From the human T2T-CHM13v2.0 reference genome, Homo sapiens, in NCBI RefSeq assembly GCF_009914755.1, contig NC_060931.1: 64,000 bases of DNA. One strand, 5' to 3'. Shown here in pieces: positions 52,610 to 64,000 of this stretch. The translations under genes were made by a program, and so were the position numbers. The notes beneath the pieces are model-generated. The model did no database searches. It saw only the letters and a list, made by a program, of their open reading frames with translations, and was not told the origin of the DNA. Within the stretch, counting starts at the first letter, position 1. Every line of letters starts with the position of its first letter.

Positions 52610-53480
52610 ATTTTTCCAAAGATAATATGTGGATGGCAAACAAACACAGGAAAACATGTTCAACATTATTAGACATTAGGGAAATTTAAGTTAAAGCCAT
52701 GATAAAATAACACTACACACATATTAAATGGCTAAACTAAATACTACTTACCAGCTCAAGTGCTGATGAGGTTGCAGAAGAATGGAAACTCATTCGTTGT
52801 TGGTGGCAATGTGAAAGATAACAGTCAAATAGCTCATAGTTTTCTTTTAATAAAGCAAAATGTACACTTACAACACAACTGAGCAATCTTACTCCTGTAT
52901 ATTTATCTTATTGAAATACAAAGCCTATTTTAAAGGTGTACAAACTGCATAATTCCATTCATGTAACACTCTCAAAATGGCAACATTTTGATGATGCACA
53001 TCAGAGGTGTGGTTACTAGCGATGGGATTTGAGGAAGGGTGTGACCATAAAGGGAGTAGACTAAGGGAGTTTCCTTTAGATGATTAAGCTATTTTATTCC
53101 CCTTGTGCTAGTGGTCACATGACTTTATACATATGATGAAATTCCATAAAACTATACAGAAAAAAGAGGGATATAGAAGAAAGAAAGAAAAAAGGAAGGT
53201 GGGAAGGAAGGAAGGAGGGAGGGAAGGAAGGAAGGAAGGAAGGACGGGCAAGAAAAGACTGGGAAACTTGAATAATGCTTGCAGTTTAGTTAACAGTATT
53301 GTATTAATAGTAGTGCACGAACTAAATGTTAATTTCCTTGTTTTGATAATTATATTTTGATTATGTAAGATGTCATTGGGGAAATCTATGTAAAAAGAAG
53401 CACAAGATCCATCAGCAATATTTAAAAGCAACTTCTATTTGAGTATAATTATTCACAAGTAACAAGTTTAATTTTTTAAA
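52610..53480 (+). mobile_element. L1ME/MD 3' fragments with an internal (GAAG)n tract at ~53160-53250
   Basis: ggatggcaaacaaacacaggaaaacatgttcaacatt, ggaaactcattcgttgttggtggcaatgtgaaa, aatgttaatttccttgttttgataattat. Confidence 0.75.
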
Positions 53481-55899
53481 GTGTCATACATACAAAACTC
53501 AATTTATAAATGAGAATAAAAGTGATAAAATGGCAAACCTATTTTTTGTTCAGGAGTGAAGCTATCCTGTGTTTGCTAATATTCTTGTCATCTTCCTTAA
53601 TTGTTCTTGCTATTTGCCATCACCACTCTAAAGGCAATCATCTCAGACAAAATTAAATTTTATAGATGGTGTAGTGTTATTGTTTTCTATCATGTGTATT
53701 ATTGTTTAATTCAGTATGCAGTAAAGTTTTCTTAAATGAGATAATACACTGAACAAAATGAGCAAAGCTTAGATTTCTTTTTTATCATCGTATTCCCCTA
53801 GCAATGTCCTCAGTAAGGACACTTTGACCTCTCAGTGACTGTCATAACTCTAAACTCACGTGGTAATTTCCAATGTACCTCCCACAGAATAGAACTCCCA
53901 GTGTTTGGGAGCACACAGGGAAAAAGTTTAGAGAAGGAAAAATGGACGGAGTGGTAGATGAAGCAATGACAGAAAATAAATATCAGCTGCTGGTAAGAAG
54001 CCAAAAAGATGAGATCATATGCAAGAAAGTATTCATCAAATCTGGTTCAGCACTAAGCTAGTATTGAGAACAGAGCAGGTATGGGAGAAATTGGAAATTA
54101 GTAGATAAGGAGGGTACAGCTTCTGAAGTGTAAAAGAAGCTAATAGTAATTACAGACATCTGCCTCATTCTAGGATTTTTTTTTTTTTGGTCTGAAATAA
54201 GGTTGATGGGAATAGGAACAAGGCCTTGCCATTGAGTTGAGTGTAGGTAATGTTCCCAGAGACTGAGCCATAATGCAGCTTGAGAGAATGGAAGAAATCA
54301 CCGCATCCTATTGAGGTATGCATGAGGAAACATATATTATATATTCCAAACCTTCTTCTATGTAAGATGTTGGCAAGGCAGCAATTGTTCTTACCATAGG
54401 CAATGATCTCAGAAAACTTTTACCTATGGCATGATGCCTTGAAGACAAATTAGATATTTGAAAATGATACTTTAAGTCATAGAAAGCTACTTATGAAGGA
54501 CATCTAGGATTGTCTCTTGGATTTAATACCTTTTTTTCCTGATGTTTTTATCCAACGCAATACACCAGTTTAGCATGATTCGATGTTTATGGACCAGCAA
54601 ACTCCATTTTTGAATAATCAGATCTCACCTCTAGGCACATTTGATAACTTTAATATAGTTAATAATTCCTTAAATTGACAGCAGTTTTGACCCTTTGCTG
54701 TTATTGAATTTCTAGTGTAAGAATCAGGCACGTGAAGGAATGTTGAAACGAGTCAAAGTTTCCTAGATAACAATCTAAAAATAGTGGGAAAGGAAGCTCT
54801 TTTTAAGATTCTTGTTTGTATCAAAACTGGTACTTTACCACATGTGGTGCCAGTAGCTGCCTGTAACTTAGATTACTTACCTAATTTTCCTCGTTATTTT
54901 CCCTGCCCCAACATTGATAATTTCAGCGAGACTCTTATTTGACCAAGGAAGAAAAGATAGCCTGGAGATGATTTCATGCTCTGTGGACTATGGGCCAGAA
55001 TAATAATTGACTAAACTAGAAAAAAAAAAAAAACTCTTTAGAATTAAAGGTTTTAGCTGCTTGCAGGGTGAATAGAGTTCTCTTAAAATGTAATTGAAAT
55101 GTATGTTTTATCTGCCCAAACTCGAATGGACTTTTGGATTAGAAGCAAAATAAAGGATTTCAAAAATTCAACCTCCCACTACCTAAATTCAAAGTATCAC
55201 TTCCATTCAAAATAGAAATTTGATGTTCTAATTTTCCTATTTATGACTGTAGCTTATTAACAGAGACTTCTGAGTAATATAAAGAGATTAATAATTTCAC
55301 TTAGATAAGCAGGTTATATAAAAATTAAAACTAACTTTTTGAAATACACTTGCAGGAACTTGCCTCTTTTGACACGGTGTGAACACAACAATAAAAGCCT
55401 ATAGGATCAGACATAGCAAAAGCAATGTTGCACGTGAACCAAGCAATTCATACTTACATAAATCAACCGTGCTTTAATTGCAAAGTGTAAAACATTACAT
55501 CATATTTTAACTCTCTGGCTGTCCTTTACCATGGCATTTTATTTGAATATAGTATTTTGTTGAATCTATGATTCATCACTATTTTATATGCCACTAAAAA
55601 GAAAGACATTTAGATTTTTAAATCATGGCACAAACGTTTCTTTATTTTAATATTTTATATTCTGCTTTTGAAAAAAATACTGTTAGACTCTTAGGTATGA
55701 ATTATAAAGTAAAAATAGACTATGTTTTACATGTCATAAAATAAAGTTTTAACTATAATTAATTGGTTATGTTATAGCTGAACTTTATTCACATTCCAAG
55801 ACTAATTATTAATAATGTTTTCTTAGTCATCAATGTCCGTCTTTTCCCATAGAATGCTTTTCTTTCAAGAGAGTTTCTCATTCAGCATTTCTTAAAGAT

Positions 55900-57800
<1,901 letters not shown>

Positions 57801-57959
57801 GTTGAGGGGAAGGCAAAACTTACAATCAAGTGTAAGTAACTGCTGATAACTCTTGTTAACAGCAACACAATGGCACTTAAAACTTCCATTTCATTAATAT
57901 AGTCTTATAACTTATCTTACTTTTGAGCCATCAACATGATAAAATATGATGACAGATAC

Positions 57960-58210
57960 TCTTATTTCTTAATTGTTTCATCATAATTTAGTATTTTGTA
58001 GTGTGAACGTTTAAAGCTTTGGGTTTTACATTGAGTGTTTTAGCTTGATTGCTTTCATAGGTCCTAATGTGTAGTTGTTTCTCATTATTGTTTTTTATGT
58101 ATTTTGATGTCATTTTTATTTTACTTTCTACCTCAGCATTATTTAAAAGGCAAGTATGATTTCTAGTGGATTTTAACTTACTTGTCTTGTTAATAATATA
58201 ATTATATTCA
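57960..58210 (-). mobile_element. Degraded L1M ORF2 fragment
   Basis: gtttaaagct, gttttagct, gtgtagttgtttctcattattg, ttatttaaaagg. Confidence 0.5.
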
Positions 58211-59040
58211 ATCAAATAATATATTTTTATTAATAGTTGTAATGATCTCTCATCCCCTGTTGTTTTCTTTCATGAACAATCTAGACTTTACTTTTCTTCT
58301 CATTTTTGTAATAAAGAAGAATAACATTCCAATTTATTTTTAGTTTTATATTATTTATACTGTTTACCATAATTGCATTTGCCTCAGTTCTAAATTAAAA
58401 CTAAATAAATAAGGTAATCCTTATTACCACTGAAGGTATCACTTAGAATCTGACTGAATTGATTTATTCTTTGAGTGGTGTTACATTTATTTCTAATCCT
58501 TTTTTAAAGAGTGGCTTAGGTATGATAAATTATCCAAATATTTGGATGTTAAACACATTTGCTGTTATTTTCATATTTATACAAATGTGTAACTTTACTT
58601 ATGCTAAATTAAGTCTCATTATTCCCTCACAGCCTTCTGTAATTGATCATTTTTGGAATGAATTCTGAATCCTACATCTTTTTCACACTTGCAATTACTG
58701 AATTTTGAAAAAGAGGAAATTCATATTAGAACAAAAACAACAAATATACTATATAGAAAAGAAATATTAGAACCAAAATAAGAAATGTTATATTTCTAGT
58801 ATATATTAATTGATTTTCATCTCCTGATCAACAATAACCCTTTTACCTCTGCCTGATTCAATTTTCCACTAAACCTGTCAGATACCTTTTCCATAATAAG
58901 TTATCCATTTTTCTTTTGCCTTCATCCTCTCCTTACGTACATTGTATTCAGCATTCAAATGCTCTACATTGAAAATTCACACTATCTCAAGTAACCTATT
59001 AACTCCATCTTATCCTTTTTGCATTAAAAATTCAATAGTT

Positions 59041-59290
59041 GGCCGGGCACGGTGGCTCACACCTGTAATCCAAGCAATGGCGTGAAACCCCGTCTCTACT
59101 AAAAGTACAAAAAATTAGCCAGCCGTGGTGGCGGGCGCCTGTAATCCCAGCTACTTCGGAGGCTGAGGCAGGAGAATTGCTTGAACCTGCCTGGGAGGCG
59201 GAGGTTGCAGTGAGCAGAGATCGCGCCACTGCACTCCAGCCTGGGCAACAGAGCAAGACTCTGTCTCAAAAAAAATAAAAAATAAAAAAA
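59041..59290 (+). mobile_element. AluS with a ~60-bp left-arm deletion that removes the B box
   Basis: ggccgggcacggtggctcacacctgtaatccaagca joined directly to atggcgtgaaaccccgtctc; TSD aaaaattcaata. Confidence 0.95.
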
Positions 59291-59590
59291 TTCAATAACT
59301 CAATAGTTTCCCCTCCTTTATATCTCTCATATCTCAATTTCAGCACTCAAAATTTTAACTTCCAAAATAGTTCTTCTTAAAATTGTTGATGAATTTTCTA
59401 GTTATAAATCAAAAATAATTTTATTCATTATTTGACACCTGGAACATGTGACATTGCTTCATCTTGAAACCAAGAATCTTAAAACTAGCTCTTTTCTTTC
59501 TGTAGAAACACTACCTCTTGTTGTTGCCCATTTTTTTCCTCCTTATATTTCTCTGGGGGAACATTCATGATTTATTTTGTATTTTCCCTC

Positions 59591-59856
59591 AGTATAATAC
59601 TATAATGGTTCAACATGTCAGTATGCATTTGTCAAAATCTATAGAATGGAGGACACTGAGTGAACCCTAGTGTTGTCTATGAACTTTGGCATATTATATT
59701 GTGTAAGTGTAGGGTTATCAATTGTAACCAATGTGCCACACTGGTGGGAGATGTTGATAATAGGGGAGGCTATGCATATATGGGGCAGGGGATATATGAA
59801 AAATCTCTGTACCTTTCTTTTTATTATGCTGTAAACCTAAAACTGCTCCTTAAAAC
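59591..59856 (+). mobile_element. L1MC1/2-like 3' end
   Basis: gagtgaaccctagtgt, gggttatcaattgtaaccaatgtgccacactggtgggagatgttgataataggggaggc, gctgtaaacctaaaactgctc. Confidence 0.88.
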
Positions 59857-59865
59857 TGTTTTTAG

Positions 59866-60180
<315 letters not shown>

Positions 60181-61869
60181 ATCAGTGTTTTAATATTTCA
60201 GAAATGTATATACTGTACGTTTTAATGTAGTTTATTTTATCTTACATTTTTATTTCACACAAGATTGAGTTGTTATATTTTATACAATTTATTTAGTCAT
60301 ATTTATATTTAATAATTACTTTTAAAATTTTCTCATCTATTTAACTGTAATAACAATGATTATGTTTGTTGATGGCTATTCCTATATAATCAATATATAC
60401 TCATGAGGAAAAATGATTCATTATAAAATTTGTTTGAATAGTAAATTCAAGACATAATTATTATACTTTTTTCTTGCATGTTAGTTTATCTTAATGCAGT
60501 CTTTCCTATGTCTCTTCAGAAATGCAATATCAACAGCATGCTTTTAGTTATCAGGAAATGCTTTAAAACTATTTTTAAATATTCAATGTTATTGTTTTTT
60601 TAAGAAAAACATTACTACCCTACAGTTAGTGGTTCAGTCCTGATTTTAACATGGTTATTCATTTTACATGTTTTTGTTTGAAACACTTACTGTTCTTTTA
60701 ATAAAGGCAAAGAAGAGTTTTCTTGATACCCACTATTAACCTTCATGTTTCCCTGTCTCTCATTGCACTGTTGCAGCCCTAACAGTTGCATGGTATGTCT
60801 GAACACTTGTATTACTCATATATTATCAGCTTAGTTTAAATGTAAATTAATTGACATTGTTTTTTTGGAATTTTTTAAATTCTGATATTTTATTTCATTT
60901 AAATTTCTAAACAGACTTCTTTAGTATAAACCCTAGAAATTCTGATGCTAACAAAAACCAAATTTTATTTTTGTTTTCTTTTATTATTGACTGATAATCA
61001 GAAATATAAGAAAGACTATAATATTCAAAAGTATACCTATATTTCCTGCTCTCTAACAAGACAATGAGCCAAAGATAATTTCCATTATATGTGCAGAACT
61101 AGATTTTGGCTCCCGTAAAATATATCATTGAAAACAATGTATGAGTACGTAGTAGATAAGTGAGAATCTTAATCACAAAAACTTCTCAAGAAACAAAAAA
61201 ATAATAAAGGAAGTAAATTAAGATTTTACTTGCCAAAGGAACAAGTTTCAAAATGCAAGTTAAGGATAAAATAAACTTGAGAATAAAAAATGGAATTAAT
61301 TAGAACATAAAACCTTGATTAGATTAGATACTCCATATTAATAGCTCATTCAACAAGGAATGTGAAATGTCTTAGCATTCTTAAAAAGGATAGACATGTA
61401 TCATTTGGGTGACTGGGGATGTGGGTGGGAAAGAACATTCAAAATACTTTGGGTGAGATGCCTGGATGGGCTTAAGATGTGTTGCACTTAAAAAAAAAAT
61501 AATTCACATGTGAGTAGAAGACTTAAAAATAATTTCATTTATTCTGAAAGGAGGCTACAGTTAAAGGTTTGGTAAGACTTGACTGGACAAAAATTATAAA
61601 GATAGGAGAACAGGGTTGTGTAAATAATGCTCAGCAGACAGTGAAAATTATAGGCCCTATGATGAGTAATATCATTTTTTATGCGAACAGTGTCATCTTT
61701 AAAAAAGAGAAAGGATACATTGAACAAAGAGAAAAATTTTTCCACCAGTGTTTAGTAAGCAATGGGGTGCTAGGAGTCTGGTAGAGGGAAAGCAGTTGAG
61801 AACCCTTGTCAATGATCAGATAAGTGTACAGAATTTGGGCTGTGGCCATGAACAGCAGTATGTTTCACT

Positions 61870-63585
<1,716 letters not shown>

Positions 63586-64000
63586 AATATTTTTCATAAA
63601 TACCTATGGTATTTATTTTTTGTTGCTATTATTCTTTTATTTTTTCCATTGATTTCACTGGAGTTAGTGGAGGTCTACATGCAAGAGTCTATGAGTCTGT
63701 GGAAAATCCATTGTGTTTGCAGATTCTCCACTCTCATACTAGGATACCCTTGGAATTTAGCATTTTGATGACAATATTACCAAAATTGATGTTATCTTCA
63801 TGGCACATGGTATCTCTTCATCCTGAAACCTAATTTTTAAGAGCCACTACTCAAGCCCCACCTCTGAACTGAGAAATACACATGAAGTAGGTTTAGAGAT
63901 ATCTAGATATCAAGATGGATAATTCAACTAGAGAGATAGATTCTGAATCTACATTTCAGCAGATAATCCAGCCCAAGAATACATATTTCTAAGCCATCAG

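Overview
AT-rich, gene-poor hominoid (human-like) genomic DNA, dominated by interspersed repeats. The lineage call rests on an L1PA2/3-type 3' end at 31732-32038 and AluY copies. I see no CpG island, no supportable cellular protein-coding exon, and no tRNA, rRNA or CRISPR array. Every long ORF in the track is transposon-derived (L1 ORF2, MaLR internal ORF, L1 5'UTR antisense, LTR or Alu read-through). Main content: a full-length MSTA-type MaLR provirus (27613-29983), a near full-length L1MA2/3 lacking almost all of ORF1 (45575-51905), several L1PA fragments, seven Alus, many solo LTRs, a perfect MADE1 MITE, and ancient MIR/L2/CR1/MER remnants. I found no evidence for a new multi-gene biological system. 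The most interesting signals are mechanistic scars and a few unique-sequence candidates. The scars are an internal L1PA fragment pasted into an older L1 with no poly-A or TSD, an L1 nested in an L1 that re-creates an in-frame ORF2 C-terminus, four 5'-inverted (twin-primed) L1s (one skips exactly the G-rich 3'UTR tract), and repeated fold-back inverted duplications at junctions. The candidates are a motif-dense, hairpin-rich island at ~11.9-12.3 kb, an LTR followed by a perfect splice donor, and a possible 8-nt microexon. Subfamily names come from my recall of consensus sequences and need RepeatMasker/Dfam confirmation; boundaries of old elements are approximate.
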